From Dehalococcoidia bacterium (GTDB taxonomy: Bacteria; Chloroflexota; Dehalococcoidia; Dehalococcoidales; W498), in NCBI GenBank assembly GCA_011191875.1, contig DUFC01000004.1:6345-70344 (forward strand): a DNA stretch of 64,000 nt, given 5' to 3'. The notes under the pieces are model-generated. The model was given only the letters and a program-made list of their open reading frames with translations, did no database searches and had not been told where the DNA came from. Every line of letters begins with the position of its first letter. The stretch's first letter is position 1. Below, piece by piece: positions 9,644 through 20,442 of this stretch. The position numbers were made by a program, and so were the translations under genes.

Positions 9644-10348
9644 ATGCAGTTGGCTATAGATACTTCAACAGACATAGCTAGCCTGGCTCTGGTTCAAGAT
9701 GGCGAAGTGCTAGCTGAGTTAACCTGGCGTTGTGGACAAAGTCATACTACTCAGCTATTACCCCACCTGGCTCACCTGCTGGATAAGACTGAGAAATATC
9801 TTCAGTCTCTCAGTTGTATCATTGTAGCCAGGGGACCAGGAAGCTTTAATGGCTTGCGAGTGGGAATTAGCACAGCCAAGGGGCTAGCCTTTAGCCTGGG
9901 AATCCCAATAATTGGCATCAGCACCCTGGAAGCAGACGCCTACCAGCACGCCGAAACTGGTTTACCTATTTGCCCGATACTTAATGCCGGTAGAGAGGAA
10001 ATTGCTACCGCTTTATACCAAAAGAAACAAAATGCGTGGCATCAGCTTATCTGTGAGCATATAACTACTGTTGATACTTTGTGCTCACAGATTACCACAA
10101 AGACCATATTTTGTGGGGAACTCACCCCATTTATCGCCACAGGGCTAAGAAAACAGCTTAAGCAAAGAGCAATAATACCACATCCAGCTACTAGATTGCG
10201 GCGAGCCACTTTTCTGGCTGAGTTGGGGCAACAACGGTTTAAGATAGGCGACCATGACAACCCAGCTACTTTACAACCGCTATACCTCAGGCGACCACCA
10301 ATCACTAAACCCAAACACCGACAACAAATCAGGATAGAGGAAAACTAA
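9644..10348 (+). CDS. tsaB: tRNA t6A37 biosynthesis protein TsaB
   Basis: 234 aa. LAIDTST, GPGSFNGLRVGISTAKGLA. Confidence 0.85.
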   Translation: MQLAIDTSTDIASLALVQDGEVLAELTWRCGQSHTTQLLPHLAHLLDKTEKYLQSLSCIIVARGPGSFNGLRVGISTAKGLAFSLGIPIIGISTLEADAYQHAETGLPICPILNAGREEIATALYQKKQNAWHQLICEHITTVDTLCSQITTKTIFCGELTPFIATGLRKQLKQRAIIPHPATRLRRATFLAELGQQRFKIGDHDNPATLQPLYLRRPPITKPKHRQQIRIEEN

Positions 10349-10353
10349 AAACA

Positions 10354-11019
10354 ATGTCTAAAGCTGTTATCTGGGATATGGACGGGGTAATTGCTGATAC
10401 TGCCCCCTATCACTTTAAGGCATGGCAGGAGGTCTTCCGAAAAAGAGAGGTGAACTTCAACGAGGAGGATTTCCGGCGTAACTTTGGGCAAAGGAATGAT
10501 ACCATAATCAGTAATGTTTTAGGTGAAGGCTTATCACCGAGCGAGATAGATGCTATTGCTGGTGAGAAAGAGATAGACTTCCGCCAGAGAGTAAGCCAGC
10601 ACATAAAGCCACTACCCGGAGCAATAAAACTAATCAAATCACTTGGTAAGCATGGATTCAAAATAGCATTAGCCTCCTCGGCACCAACTGAAAATATCCG
10701 GCTGGTTACTCAAGGTCTAGGTATAAACAATTACTTCCAGTCTATAGTCTCTGGTCGGGATGTAACTGAGGGCAAACCCAATCCACAGGTTTTCCTGTTA
10801 GCTGCCAAAAAACTAGGAGTCAAGCCCAAGAACTGCATCGTGATTGAAGACGCAGTGGCTGGCATTACCGCTGCTAAAAGAGCCGGTATGCGCTGCCTGG
10901 CTATTACCAATACCCGGCCTAAGACAAGCTTAGTTGAAGCTGACCTTATAGTTGATACACTGGAAGCAGTAAGTGTGAGTGATTTAGAGCAGCTTCTCAA
11001 TCCTTTAAGTGAAAGTTAA
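10354..11019 (+). CDS. HAD-superfamily hydrolase, beta-phosphoglucomutase-like
   Basis: 221 aa. DMDGVIADT (DxDGV), ASSA, GKPNPQVFL and EDAVAGI. Confidence 0.8.
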   Translation: MSKAVIWDMDGVIADTAPYHFKAWQEVFRKREVNFNEEDFRRNFGQRNDTIISNVLGEGLSPSEIDAIAGEKEIDFRQRVSQHIKPLPGAIKLIKSLGKHGFKIALASSAPTENIRLVTQGLGINNYFQSIVSGRDVTEGKPNPQVFLLAAKKLGVKPKNCIVIEDAVAGITAAKRAGMRCLAITNTRPKTSLVEADLIVDTLEAVSVSDLEQLLNPLSES

Positions 11020-11079
11020 TAATCAATCTTTTAATAAATATACGAGGAGGTTAATATTATATGACAAAAGGAGCTTCAA

Positions 11080-11499
11080 ATGGATAAATCTCTAGTTATT
11101 ATCAAACCTGATGCCGTGCAGAGAGGGTTAACCGGCACTATCATTAATCGCTTGGAAAGCCAGGGGCTTAAGTTGGTGGCGCTTAAGATGCCCCACCTGG
11201 ACAAAGACTCAGCCCAACGACTATACGCTATCCACAAGGATAAGTCTTTCTTTAAAAGCTTGGTAGATTACATTAGCTGTGCCCCGATAATTGCCATGGT
11301 CTTTGAGGGTAAAAGGGCAGTAGAGTTAATCAGAGAAACGATGGGGCATACTGACCCAGCCAAGGCTGAAACCGGAACTATCAGAGGCGATTTCGGTTTA
11401 GATATTGAACACAATACCATTCATGGCTCCGATTCAGTCGAGACTGCCGAAGAGGAAATCAAACTATTCTTTTCCGAGAATGAAATTTTTAATTATTGA
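11080..11499 (+). CDS. ndk: Nucleoside-diphosphate kinase
   Basis: 139 aa. IIKPDAVQR, GTIRGDF and NTIHGSDS (active-site His). Confidence 0.92.
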   Translation: MDKSLVIIKPDAVQRGLTGTIINRLESQGLKLVALKMPHLDKDSAQRLYAIHKDKSFFKSLVDYISCAPIIAMVFEGKRAVELIRETMGHTDPAKAETGTIRGDFGLDIEHNTIHGSDSVETAEEEIKLFFSENEIFNY

Positions 11500-11810
11500 A
11501 TCCTTACTACTGGGCTTGCCTGGCTCCATAGCTTATCCAACTGGTAGTATTCCCGCTCAATCTGAGCAAAAATGTGGACAATAACATCACCAAAATCAAG
11601 AAGAAGCCAACCTGAATCTACCGTTCCCTCACGATGATGAGGTAGAATACCATCCTTCTTTAAAGCATGCCCAATTTCATCATAAATAGCCTGAATTTGC
11701 CTATTACTATCACCGCTACATATCATAAAGTAATCAGCAAAGCTGCACACTCCTCGGGCATCCAGCAGCACAATATCACTGGCCTGCTTATCGCCAGCAG
11801 CTTCTACCAC
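11493..11810 (-). CDS. rsfS: Ribosome silencing factor RsfS (iojap family)
   Basis: DIVLLD...ADYFMICSG.S.RQ and WLLLDFGDVIVHIF. The reading frame stays open a further 10 codons upstream (LLEAIEVARK) without a canonical start, so the true start is uncertain. Confidence 0.85.
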   Translation of the reverse strand: MVEAAGDKQASDIVLLDARGVCSFADYFMICSGDSNRQIQAIYDEIGHALKKDGILPHHREGTVDSGWLLLDFGDVIVHIFAQIEREYYQLDKLWSQASPVVRIQ

Positions 11811-11988
11811 CTTGCGTGCTACTTCTATCGCTTCCAGAAGTTAACTCTCTATTTAAAACAGCTTATTTAAATTAATATTATACCACAATCACTATGCCTT
11901 TAGCTCTAATTTATATCTTGCCACTTCTAACCACTGTGTTATACTAAATATGTTAAAACCTTTAAAAATAAGTTGGGGTAGGAGATAA

Positions 11989-12816
11989 ATGTCAGGGCTA
12001 CTTTTTGGAACTGGCGGGGCTCCTCATAGTGCCAAACCATCATCCACCATAGACGGTATTAAGCGTATTGCTGAGCTTGGTCTGGGCTGTATGGAGATAG
12101 AATTTGTCCGAGGAGTAAGAATGAGCGAGGCAGGAGCCCGCCTGGTTGCGGACATAGCCACCAAGGAAGGAGTAAAACTCTCGGCTCATGCTCCTTACTT
12201 TATAAACTTTAACGCTCATGAGCCAGAAAAGATAAAGGCCAGCCAGGATAGGCTACTGCAAACAGCTCGTATCGCCTCAATATGTGGGGCTAAAAGCATC
12301 GTTTTCCACATCGCTTTTTATCTTGGCGATCCTCCAGAAAAAGCCTACACTAATGTAAAGAAACATCTAGAGGAAGTAATGCACCAGCTTAAATGCGAAA
12401 ACAATCGGGCGTGGATTAGACCAGAAATTATGGGCAAGTCCAGTGAGTTCGGAACAATAGAGGAAGTACTCAACCTGAGCACCGAGCTAAATGGAATAGC
12501 TCCCTGTATTGACTTTGCTCACTGGCATGCCAGGACGGGAAGGTTTAATTCATATCCTGAGTTTGTCTCGATTATGCAGCAGATTAAAGAGCGGTTAGGT
12601 AGACCAGCCCTGGATAACATGCATATCCATGTCTCCGGTATCGCCTACGGTAAAAAGGGGGAGATAAAACACCTCAATCTAAAAGACTCAGATTTTCAGT
12701 ATGTTGAGCTTATCAAGGCGCTAAAGGATTACAATGCCAAGGGTCTTCTTATTTGCGAAAGTCCCAACCTAGAAGAGGATGCCCTGCTCCTGCAAGAGAC
12801 CTACAATACCCTGTAA
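11989..12816 (+). CDS. Xylose-isomerase-like TIM-barrel protein, endonuclease IV (Nfo)-like
   Basis: 275 aa. AHAPYFINF, IVFH, the His-rich FAHWHA and HIHVSG, and ICESP match the pattern of AP endonuclease family 2. Confidence 0.55.
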   Translation: MSGLLFGTGGAPHSAKPSSTIDGIKRIAELGLGCMEIEFVRGVRMSEAGARLVADIATKEGVKLSAHAPYFINFNAHEPEKIKASQDRLLQTARIASICGAKSIVFHIAFYLGDPPEKAYTNVKKHLEEVMHQLKCENNRAWIRPEIMGKSSEFGTIEEVLNLSTELNGIAPCIDFAHWHARTGRFNSYPEFVSIMQQIKERLGRPALDNMHIHVSGIAYGKKGEIKHLNLKDSDFQYVELIKALKDYNAKGLLICESPNLEEDALLLQETYNTL

Positions 12817-12862
12817 TAAACAGGTTAGCACTAAGTCAGTGTTTTCCCATTTACTTGGTTTC

Positions 12863-12871
12863 TGTTATAAT
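12863..12871 (+). promoter_or_regulatory. Extended -10 element TGtTATAAT upstream of ftsH
   Basis: Exact TGnTATAAT, with the SD GAAGGTGAAGG before the ATG at 12926. Confidence 0.35.
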
Positions 12872-12925
12872 ACAATATATAGTTAGAGTTAGTAATTGAC
12901 AAATGTTTATTATTGAAGGTGAAGG

Positions 12926-14743
12926 ATGAAACCAACTTGGAGGCGGAGTAGCTTAATATACATCGCCATTATTATTGCCGCCATAGTTTTCTTCTGGTTC
13001 CTTTTCCCCATCACTGGAAAACCGACTGAAATTCCGCTAAGTGAAGTGATAGCTATGTCACAAAGTGGGGAGATAGAGCAGATTGTTGTTGACGGCGATG
13101 AGTTACTCATTACTACTAATGATGGCACAGAGTTAAAGACCGTTAAAGAAAGCAACGCCAGTATATATGATATTCAAGGGCTTAATCTTGATGGCGTGAT
13201 AGTCGATGTAAAAGCATCAGGCTTTGAGTGGGGTGGATTACTGCTTAGCTTCCTCCCCCTCCTACTCCTTGGCGCTTTGTTGTTCTTCCTATTCCGTAGG
13301 GCACAAGGGGCTAACAGCCAAGCTATGAGTTTTGGTCGTAGCCGAGCTCGATTATTCCCGGCTAATACACCAACAGTAACTTTTAACGATGTTGCCGGTG
13401 TAGAGGAAGCCAAGCAGGAGGTCCACGAAGTAGTAGATTTCCTCAAGTCGCGTGAGAAGTTTCAGAACCTGGGGGCACGTATTCCAAAGGGCATGCTACT
13501 AATAGGTCCGCCTGGCACAGGAAAGACACTACTGGCTCGAGCAATAGCCGGCGAAGCTGGGGTACCTTTCTTTTCTATTAGCGGTAGTGAATTTGTAGAG
13601 ATGTTTGTTGGTGTTGGTGCCTCCAGGGTGCGTGACCTCTTTGACCAGGCTAAACGCAACACCCCGTGTATTATCTTCATTGATGAGATTGATGCTGTCG
13701 GTCGTCACCGTGGGGCTGGGCTTGGTGGTAGCCATGATGAGAGGGAGCAGACGTTAAATCAAATTCTAGTGGAAATGGATGGCTTTGATACTAACACTAG
13801 TGTCATTGTTTTGGCCGCTACCAACCGTCCGGATATACTTGACCCAGCACTCCTCCGCCCTGGTCGCTTTGACCGACGGGTAATCCTGGACCGGCCAGAT
13901 ATTAACGGACGGCTTGCCATTCTCCAGGTTCACTCTAATGGTAAGCCACTAGATGAAACAGTTAATTTGGAGGTTCTATCTAAAGAGACGGCCGGTTTTA
14001 GTGGCGCTGACCTGGCTAACCTCGTTAATGAGGCAGCTATTCTAGCTGCCAGACGGGACAAGAAAGCCATTGGAATACTAGAACTTGAAGAGTCTATAGA
14101 CCGTGTGATAGCTGGCCCAGAGAGAAAGAGCCGAAGAATAAGTACTAAGGAAAAGGAAATTACTGCCTATCATGAGTCAGGGCACGCCCTTGTCGCCAAA
14201 ATGTTGCCCAATGCTGACCCAGTACATAAGATTTCCATAGTGGCTCGAGGGATGACTCTCGGTCACACCCGGCAATTGCCTACCGAAGACCGATACATGC
14301 TAACCCGCTCCCAATTTGATGACATGTTAGCTACTTTAATGGGTGGTCACACTGCTGAGGAAATAATCTTCAATGAAATCACCACTGGTAGTCAAAATGA
14401 TATTGAGCAAGCAACTAAGCTGGCTCGTAAGATGGTAACTGACTATGGAATGAGCGCCAACTTAGGGCCAAGAACCTTTGGGCACAAGGAGGAGCTAGTT
14501 TTCCTCGGCCGTGAAATATCTGAGCAACGGGACTATAGTGATAAGATAGCCGAACAGATTGATGACGAGGTTCACAATATCATCCAGCAGGCTTACAAAA
14601 CAGCCAATAAGATTCTAACTGAGAACAAGCCAAAGTTAATCCAGATTGCGGAGAGACTGATTACCGAGGAAACCATAGAGGGTGAAGGGCTGGAGGCACT
14701 ATTTAACGAGTCTATTGCTGAACCCTCCCCAGAAACCATATAA
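12926..14743 (+). CDS. ftsH: ATP-dependent zinc metalloprotease FtsH
   Basis: 605 aa. N-terminal TM segments, Walker A GPPGTGKT, the SRH region and the HESGHA zinc site. Confidence 0.95.
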   Translation: MKPTWRRSSLIYIAIIIAAIVFFWFLFPITGKPTEIPLSEVIAMSQSGEIEQIVVDGDELLITTNDGTELKTVKESNASIYDIQGLNLDGVIVDVKASGFEWGGLLLSFLPLLLLGALLFFLFRRAQGANSQAMSFGRSRARLFPANTPTVTFNDVAGVEEAKQEVHEVVDFLKSREKFQNLGARIPKGMLLIGPPGTGKTLLARAIAGEAGVPFFSISGSEFVEMFVGVGASRVRDLFDQAKRNTPCIIFIDEIDAVGRHRGAGLGGSHDEREQTLNQILVEMDGFDTNTSVIVLAATNRPDILDPALLRPGRFDRRVILDRPDINGRLAILQVHSNGKPLDETVNLEVLSKETAGFSGADLANLVNEAAILAARRDKKAIGILELEESIDRVIAGPERKSRRISTKEKEITAYHESGHALVAKMLPNADPVHKISIVARGMTLGHTRQLPTEDRYMLTRSQFDDMLATLMGGHTAEEIIFNEITTGSQNDIEQATKLARKMVTDYGMSANLGPRTFGHKEELVFLGREISEQRDYSDKIAEQIDDEVHNIIQQAYKTANKILTENKPKLIQIAERLITEETIEGEGLEALFNESIAEPSPETI

Positions 14744-14751
14744 AACTAACC

Positions 14752-14785
14752 GGGCTTCGTCTTAAAAAGACCAGCCCTTCTTTTT
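14752..14785 (+). terminator. Rho-independent terminator after ftsH
   Basis: GGGCTtcGTCTTaaaaAGACcAGCCC followed by TTCTTTTT. Confidence 0.6.
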
Positions 14786-14794
14786 GAAGAAAAC

Positions 14795-15202
14795 ATGATT
14801 GAGCTTACCTACAAACCCATTTCTCCTGATACTGTGGTCAATAAGGTTAAAACTGATAGTAGTGGCTGCGTAGTTACCTACATCGGGTTGATTCGTGACT
14901 ACTCCCGGGGAAAACCGGTTCTTTCCGTAGAATATTCGGACGCTCAAGCAACAGCAGAGGGAAGGTTACAAGCGATAGCCAGTGAAATTAGACAGAAATG
15001 GCAAATAAATAATATCGCTATATGCCATCGAATTGGCAAACTGAAAGTGGGGGACATTAATCTAGTCATTGCCATTGCCGCTACCCACCGCCAGGAGGGT
15101 TTTGCCGCTTGCCAGTATGCTATTGACCAGTTTAAGCAAAAATTACCCACCCGGAAAAAGGAAACATACCAGAACGATAGCACCTGGGTTGAGGGAGAAT
15201 AA
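14795..15202 (+). CDS. moaE: Molybdopterin synthase catalytic subunit
   Basis: 135 aa. G.VVTYIGLIRD..., NIAICHRIGKLKVGD, VIAIAATHR and AIDQFK are typical of MoaE. Confidence 0.85.
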   Translation: MIELTYKPISPDTVVNKVKTDSSGCVVTYIGLIRDYSRGKPVLSVEYSDAQATAEGRLQAIASEIRQKWQINNIAICHRIGKLKVGDINLVIAIAATHRQEGFAACQYAIDQFKQKLPTRKKETYQNDSTWVEGE

Positions 15203-15212
15203 ATAATTAATA

Positions 15213-16190
15213 TTATCTCTTTCGATTTATAATATAATCTGCCAGTTCCATTAATGCCCGACGACTGGGACAATCTGGCAACAGGTCAAAATTACAGCAA
15301 GCTTTATCACAATAATCTGCAGCAACTGCATAGCATTCTTCGATAATTGACGAATTATGAACTAATTTTATCGCCAGTTCTATATTTTCCTGCTTATCCC
15401 GGTTCTGAAATAACCTTTTAACCGGATTATCCTCAACATAGCACTCTAAAAGAAGCATTGCTGGCAGGGTAAGAGTGCCCTGAGCTAAATCTGAACCTAC
15501 TGGCTTGCCTAATTCTTCTTCGGTGCCAATAAAATCCAAGATATCATCTATAATTTGAAAGGCGATACCAAGGTTATAACCATATTCTTTTAACACCTTG
15601 ATTGATTCCTCCGGAGCTTGACTCAAAATAGCCCCTGACTCTGTAGCTGTGGAAAACAGAGAGGCAGTTTTACTTGAAATCCTTTGTAAGTATTGCTGAC
15701 GAGTCTGCTCTAGATTAAAAGCACTAAAGGCTTGATTTAATTCTCCACTAGAAATTGTCTGAATGGTTTGAGCAAAGAGCTTTATTACTTGAAGATTACG
15801 AGTGTTAGCTGCGAGTTCTCCTGCCTTAGCAAACAGGTAGTCCCCAAGTAGCATTGCTTTGTCCTCACCCCACACCTCATTTATTGTTGGTCTGCCCCGG
15901 CGAAGTGGAGATTTATCAATAGCATCATCATGAACCAGGGTAGCTATATGCACAACCTCAACGGCTGTAGCCATTGGTAGAAGGTAATCAAGGTTGCAGT
16001 CATATAACTTACCCGACAGGAGAACAAGCGCCGGGCGAATCTCCTTGCCACCACCACTTAGACTATAGACAAGTAATTCAGATAGCCAAGGAAAATCAAC
16101 CTTACTGACCGACCTTAGTTCATTTTCTACTTTTATTAAATCCTCCCGAATAGGCTTATATATTGTGCTTAGTTCCAAAATCCCCCTCAA
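15213..16190 (-). CDS. Polyprenyl diphosphate synthase (trans-IPPS, long-chain type)
   Basis: 325 aa with two Asp-rich motifs, LVHDDAIDKS and IIDDILDF. Confidence 0.88.
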   Translation of the reverse strand: MRGILELSTIYKPIREDLIKVENELRSVSKVDFPWLSELLVYSLSGGGKEIRPALVLLSGKLYDCNLDYLLPMATAVEVVHIATLVHDDAIDKSPLRRGRPTINEVWGEDKAMLLGDYLFAKAGELAANTRNLQVIKLFAQTIQTISSGELNQAFSAFNLEQTRQQYLQRISSKTASLFSTATESGAILSQAPEESIKVLKEYGYNLGIAFQIIDDILDFIGTEEELGKPVGSDLAQGTLTLPAMLLLECYVEDNPVKRLFQNRDKQENIELAIKLVHNSSIIEECYAVAADYCDKACCNFDLLPDCPSRRALMELADYIINRKR

Positions 16191-17857
16191 CTTTCAGGTA
16201 AACCCAACCGCTTAGTCTCTTCTTCCACCAACTCTTCATCCAACTTAGAAAACAGAGGCTCAGGAGGAAGTAATCTCTGCCCCGGTGACGGGGAACGTAG
16301 TTGCCATCCATCATCTTTCACATTACCCTCAAAACCTAGTAATTCATGTAGCTTCTGCGAGCTGAAGGGTAAGAATGGATAAAGTACTGTTTTAAGGCAA
16401 GAGATTACAACAAGAGCTGTATACAATGAGTCAGCGGCGGCTTGCCTGTCCTCTTTGATTACTTCCCACGGTGATTTCTTTTCTAGATAACGATTAGTCT
16501 CCTGAGCCAGAGACATAGCCAATTTTATTGCTTCCTTAAAATGGCACCGATAAAGAAGCTCGTCCATCATATTAAAGGTATCCTTGGCTTTATTGAGCAA
16601 AGCCTGACTATGGCTATCAAATTCCCCAGGCGTTGGCACACAGCCATCAAATCTACGATAGACAAAAGTAAGCACTCGATGAACTAGGTTTCCATAAGTA
16701 GCTACCAGTTCATCATTATTACGGCGAACAAACTCACGCCAGGAGAAATCAGTATCCCCTGTTTCTGGCATATTTATCGATAATAAATAGCGTAAGGGGT
16801 CAGGCTCATAACGGGATAGATAATCAGGTAGCCAAACTGCCCAGTTACGACTGCTAGAAAGCTTTCTTCCTTCAATAGTTAGATACTCATTAGCCGGCAC
16901 ATCATAAGGTAGACTAAGTCCACCGTACCCCATTAGGATTGCTGGCCAGATAATTGTATGAAAGGGAATGTTATCCTTACCGATAAAGTAGTAACTCTTC
17001 TCTTCATCCTGCCAAAAGGAGCGCCACTTTTCTTCATCCCCACTAGACTTAGCCCACTCCTTACTCGCTGAGAAGTAACCAATTACCGCTTCAAACCACA
17101 CATAGAGACATTTACCCTTAAATCCATCAATTGGCACTGGGATTCCCCAGTCTATATCACGGGTAATAGCTCTATCCTTCAGCCCCCCTTCCAGATAGCT
17201 AATAGTAAAGTTGAGCACATTCTGTCTCCAGTGAGTCTGCTCCCTCACCCATTCTAGTAGTCGCTCTCTGAAGTCAGAGAGTCGTAGAAAGAAGTGCTCT
17301 GAATCCTTAAACTGAGGTGGAGTGCCACAGATGCTACAATAGGGGTCAATCAACTCAGCCGCATTTAGCGGCTTACCGCACTCATCACACTGGTCACCTC
17401 GTGCTCCGATAAAACCACAGTATGGACAGGTGCCCTCAACATAGCGGTCAGGTAAAAAGCGCTGGCAGTGAGGACAAAAGGGCTGTGATACCGTAGCCTT
17501 ATAAATATGGCCTTTATCAAGAAGGGTGAGGAAGATATTTTGCGCTACCTCGGCGTGGTTGGTGGTGCCGGTGGTGGTAAATAAGTCAAAGGAAATGCCT
17601 AGCTTCTGCCATGAGTCAAGAAACTGCTGATGATACCGGTTGGCTATTTGGTTGGGCTTCTTTCCCTCCTGGTCAGCCTTGATAGTTATTGGTGTGCCAT
17701 GCTGGTCTGAGCCCGACACCATTAATACTTCATTCCCTTTAATGCGGTGGTAGCGGGCGAATATGTCAGGTGGTAAATAGGCTCCGGCAATTTGACCTAG
17801 ATGTAATGGACTATTAGCATAAGGCCAAGCTACACCAATGAAAATTATCTCACTCAT
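16187..17857 (-). CDS. metG: Methionine--tRNA ligase
   Basis: 556 aa. NSPLHLGQ (HIGH-type), zinc knuckles CPHC/CPYC/CDEC, and KLSSSR (KMSKS). Confidence 0.95.
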   Translation of the reverse strand: MSEIIFIGVAWPYANSPLHLGQIAGAYLPPDIFARYHRIKGNEVLMVSGSDQHGTPITIKADQEGKKPNQIANRYHQQFLDSWQKLGISFDLFTTTGTTNHAEVAQNIFLTLLDKGHIYKATVSQPFCPHCQRFLPDRYVEGTCPYCGFIGARGDQCDECGKPLNAAELIDPYCSICGTPPQFKDSEHFFLRLSDFRERLLEWVREQTHWRQNVLNFTISYLEGGLKDRAITRDIDWGIPVPIDGFKGKCLYVWFEAVIGYFSASKEWAKSSGDEEKWRSFWQDEEKSYYFIGKDNIPFHTIIWPAILMGYGGLSLPYDVPANEYLTIEGRKLSSSRNWAVWLPDYLSRYEPDPLRYLLSINMPETGDTDFSWREFVRRNNDELVATYGNLVHRVLTFVYRRFDGCVPTPGEFDSHSQALLNKAKDTFNMMDELLYRCHFKEAIKLAMSLAQETNRYLEKKSPWEVIKEDRQAAADSLYTALVVISCLKTVLYPFLPFSSQKLHELLGFEGNVKDDGWQLRSPSPGQRLLPPEPLFSKLDEELVEEETKRLGLPES

Positions 17858-17890
17858 AATTTATTTCTTGGCTAATAAACCGCCTTGTAT

Positions 17891-18112
17891 TTACTCAGGA
17901 AAGAAGGTAAATATCAATTCGCCCTTTTCTTCTTCATAATGAGCATAACCCCTGCTTTGGCTACACTCTATGCAATAGCGCAATGTCTTTCCCTCCTCTA
18001 CTTCAACTTCGTCCGTTTCATGAATGGCTAAATATCGTTCCGGGTGTTTTATAATGCGACCGCACCCATCACAACGAACCTCACCAATTGCTATACAACC
18101 ACGACGCATCAC
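17891..18112 (-). CDS. Small zinc-ribbon protein, unknown function
   Basis: 73 aa with two CxxC pairs (CDGCG, CIEC). It lies directly upstream of metG on the same strand. Confidence 0.5.
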   Translation of the reverse strand: MMRRGCIAIGEVRCDGCGRIIKHPERYLAIHETDEVEVEEGKTLRYCIECSQSRGYAHYEEEKGELIFTFFPE

Positions 18113-18167
18113 TAACCTCCTTTTCCATCTTGCTCAAGAGTCCGTCTGAAAACTAGGTAATAACATA

Positions 18168-18251
18168 CCTTTGTCATTAGGAGGGGCGAAGCCCCCAAGC
18201 AATCCCAAAGAGCTTAGTGAGATTGCCACACTTCTCTCGTAATGACAAAGG
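18168..18251. repeat. Hairpin repeat family, copy R1
   Basis: A perfect 12-bp terminal inverted repeat CCTTTGTCATTA / TAATGACAAAGG encloses GGGGCGAAGCCCCCAAGCAATCCC...GAGATTGCCAC. Confidence 0.8.
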
Positions 18252-18279
18252 AGAAATAGTTTAATTCCTGGACAGCCTC

Positions 18280-19101
18280 TTAAGATTTGCCCATCCTCAG
18301 CCAGGCTCGATACAACTCCCGCTTTGATATTCCTGTTTTTTCAGTCATCTTGGCCGTCGCCTCTTTCGCAGTCATCCCAGTCCCACGCATGTAATATAGC
18401 TCCCGCTCAGTCTCTTCGGTCAACTGAGGTTTACCCTCGTTTCTCTTGCCCTCAATAACTATAGTGAACTCGCCTCTGGGCTCAGTGAAGTGTTCAATGG
18501 CTTGGCTTACCGTTCCCCTAAAAACCTCTTCGTGAACCTTAGTAAGCTCACGACAAACGGCTATTTCTCTATCCCCAAGAACAAGTAGCATATCATTTAG
18601 CGCCGCCAGCAGTCGATGAGGGGTTTCTAATACCACAATAGCGCCATATTCATTTGCAACAGATTCTAGAAGACGCCGCCGGTCATTATTCTTACGTGGC
18701 AGAAAGCCTAGGTAGGTAAACCGCTCTGTAGGCAATCCTGATATAGCAAGAGCAGTAACAACAACCGAAGGCCCAGGAATAGGAACAACTGTGATACTTC
18801 GCTGGTTAACTGCCACAATCAGTTCATAGCCAGGGTCAGATATGCCTGGCATTCCAGCATCTGAAACCAGAGCCACATCCCCACAATTTAAGCAGCTTAA
18901 AATGTAATCCAGTTTAGTCCACTTATTACGCTCATGATAGCTGGTCATAGGCGTCTTTATATCATAAGCGTTGAGTAGCCGCTTTGTCCTACGGGTATCT
19001 TCAGCAGCAATAAGCTTCACCTCACGCAGGATACGAAGAGCGCGTAATGAAATATCCTCCAAATTACCAATAGGGGTAGCCACTACATAGAGCGAGGGCA
19101 T
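18280..19101 (-). CDS. rsmI: 16S rRNA (cytidine1402-2'-O)-methyltransferase
   Basis: 273 aa. LYVVATPIGNLEDIS, AEDTR and SDAGMPGISDPG. Confidence 0.9.
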   Translation of the reverse strand: MPSLYVVATPIGNLEDISLRALRILREVKLIAAEDTRRTKRLLNAYDIKTPMTSYHERNKWTKLDYILSCLNCGDVALVSDAGMPGISDPGYELIVAVNQRSITVVPIPGPSVVVTALAISGLPTERFTYLGFLPRKNNDRRRLLESVANEYGAIVVLETPHRLLAALNDMLLVLGDREIAVCRELTKVHEEVFRGTVSQAIEHFTEPRGEFTIVIEGKRNEGKPQLTEETERELYYMRGTGMTAKEATAKMTEKTGISKRELYRAWLRMGKS

Positions 19102-19243
19102 CGCCTTTTATCTTCCTCAAGTTAACTATTATAACCTATAACTCCGTCATCCGTCTACGCTAGTTAATAAATGTCTTCAATTGAAGTTTATTGACGATGA
19201 GTCCTTATTTTTGATATAGTTTGCGTTTAAGGAAGGAGGCATA

Positions 19244-20383
19244 ATGGCTACTCCCCAATTTAAAGAACTTCGTCGTTCCTATGGATTTGATGAGGTAGCT
19301 ATAGTCCCTGGAGATATAACTGCTAATCCAGACCATACAAACATTGATTTTAAAATAGACAACTATACCTTCTCTATGCCAATTATAGCTGCAGCAATGG
19401 ACGCTGTAACTGATGTTAACTTTGCTACCCTAATGAGTCAGCTAGGTGGGCTCGCTGTTCTCAATTTGGAGGGTGCTCAAACCCGATACGATAATCCCGA
19501 AGAAGTGCTAACTGAAATTGCTCAAGCATCTGGTGCCGAAGTCACTCCTCTTCTCCAAAATATCTATTCCCAACCGATTAAAGAGCATCTTATTGGCGAA
19601 CGCATACAATCTATTAAAAAGTCAGGGGCGGTATGCGCCGTTTCAGTGGCACCGGCTAATACCAAACAATTCGCTCCAATAGCTGCTGAAGCTGGTGCTG
19701 ATATTTTTGTAGTCCAGTCCACCGTTACCACTGCCTGTCACATATCTAAAAGCTACCGCGGACTAATTTTTTCCGAACTTCGTGAGTCCATACCCATACC
19801 TATTATTGTCGGTAATTGTGTAAGCTATAGCGCATGTTTAGAACTTATGCGAACGGGAATCTCCGGCGTCTTGGTCGGGGTAGGACCAGGTGCTGCTTGT
19901 ACCACCAGGCAAGTCCTTGGCATCGGCGTTCCCCAGGTAACGGCTACGATGGATTGTGCCGCAGCTAGAGACGAATATCTACGCGAATCTGGCCGGTATG
20001 TGCCAATAATTACTGATGGCGGCATTTCTAATGGTGGAGACCTCTGCAAAGCCTTCGCTTCCGGTGCCGATGCCGTAATGCTAGGCTCTATTTTTGCCCA
20101 AGCTGAAGAGGCGCCAGGGCTAGGCTATCACTGGGGCATGTCCCATCCCCACCCAGCACTACCCAGAGGAACCCGAATAAAGGTTGGAACCACTGTCACC
20201 CTCGAGCAAATTCTTTTCGGTCCTACTTCAGTTACCGATGGTAGTCAGAACCTCGTTGGGGCCCTCCGCACTGCGATGGGTGCCTGCGGCGCCCTTACCA
20301 TTCAAGAAATGCACCGGGTTGAGATGATAATTGCTCCGAGTATTACCACTGAAGGTAAATCATGGCAACGCTTGCAGTCATAG
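19244..20383 (+). CDS. IMP dehydrogenase-related protein without CBS insert (GuaB3-like)
   Basis: 379 aa. An IMPDH/GMPR barrel (VGVGPGAACTTR, ITDGGI..GGD) lacking the CBS pair. Confidence 0.75.
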   Translation: MATPQFKELRRSYGFDEVAIVPGDITANPDHTNIDFKIDNYTFSMPIIAAAMDAVTDVNFATLMSQLGGLAVLNLEGAQTRYDNPEEVLTEIAQASGAEVTPLLQNIYSQPIKEHLIGERIQSIKKSGAVCAVSVAPANTKQFAPIAAEAGADIFVVQSTVTTACHISKSYRGLIFSELRESIPIPIIVGNCVSYSACLELMRTGISGVLVGVGPGAACTTRQVLGIGVPQVTATMDCAAARDEYLRESGRYVPIITDGGISNGGDLCKAFASGADAVMLGSIFAQAEEAPGLGYHWGMSHPHPALPRGTRIKVGTTVTLEQILFGPTSVTDGSQNLVGALRTAMGACGALTIQEMHRVEMIIAPSITTEGKSWQRLQS

Positions 20384-20442
20384 CCATTAATGTTATTTAA
20401 GACCACTTAACAATTATCTTAATAGTACAAGGGGTAGTTTCA

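Noticed and set aside
11061-11087. An 8-codon upstream ORF (MTKGASNG*) with a strong GAGGAGG SD, overlapping the ndk start.
   Set aside because: It is too short to evaluate, and ndk has its own AAAGGAG SD. It could be chance, and I know of no attenuator precedent for ndk.
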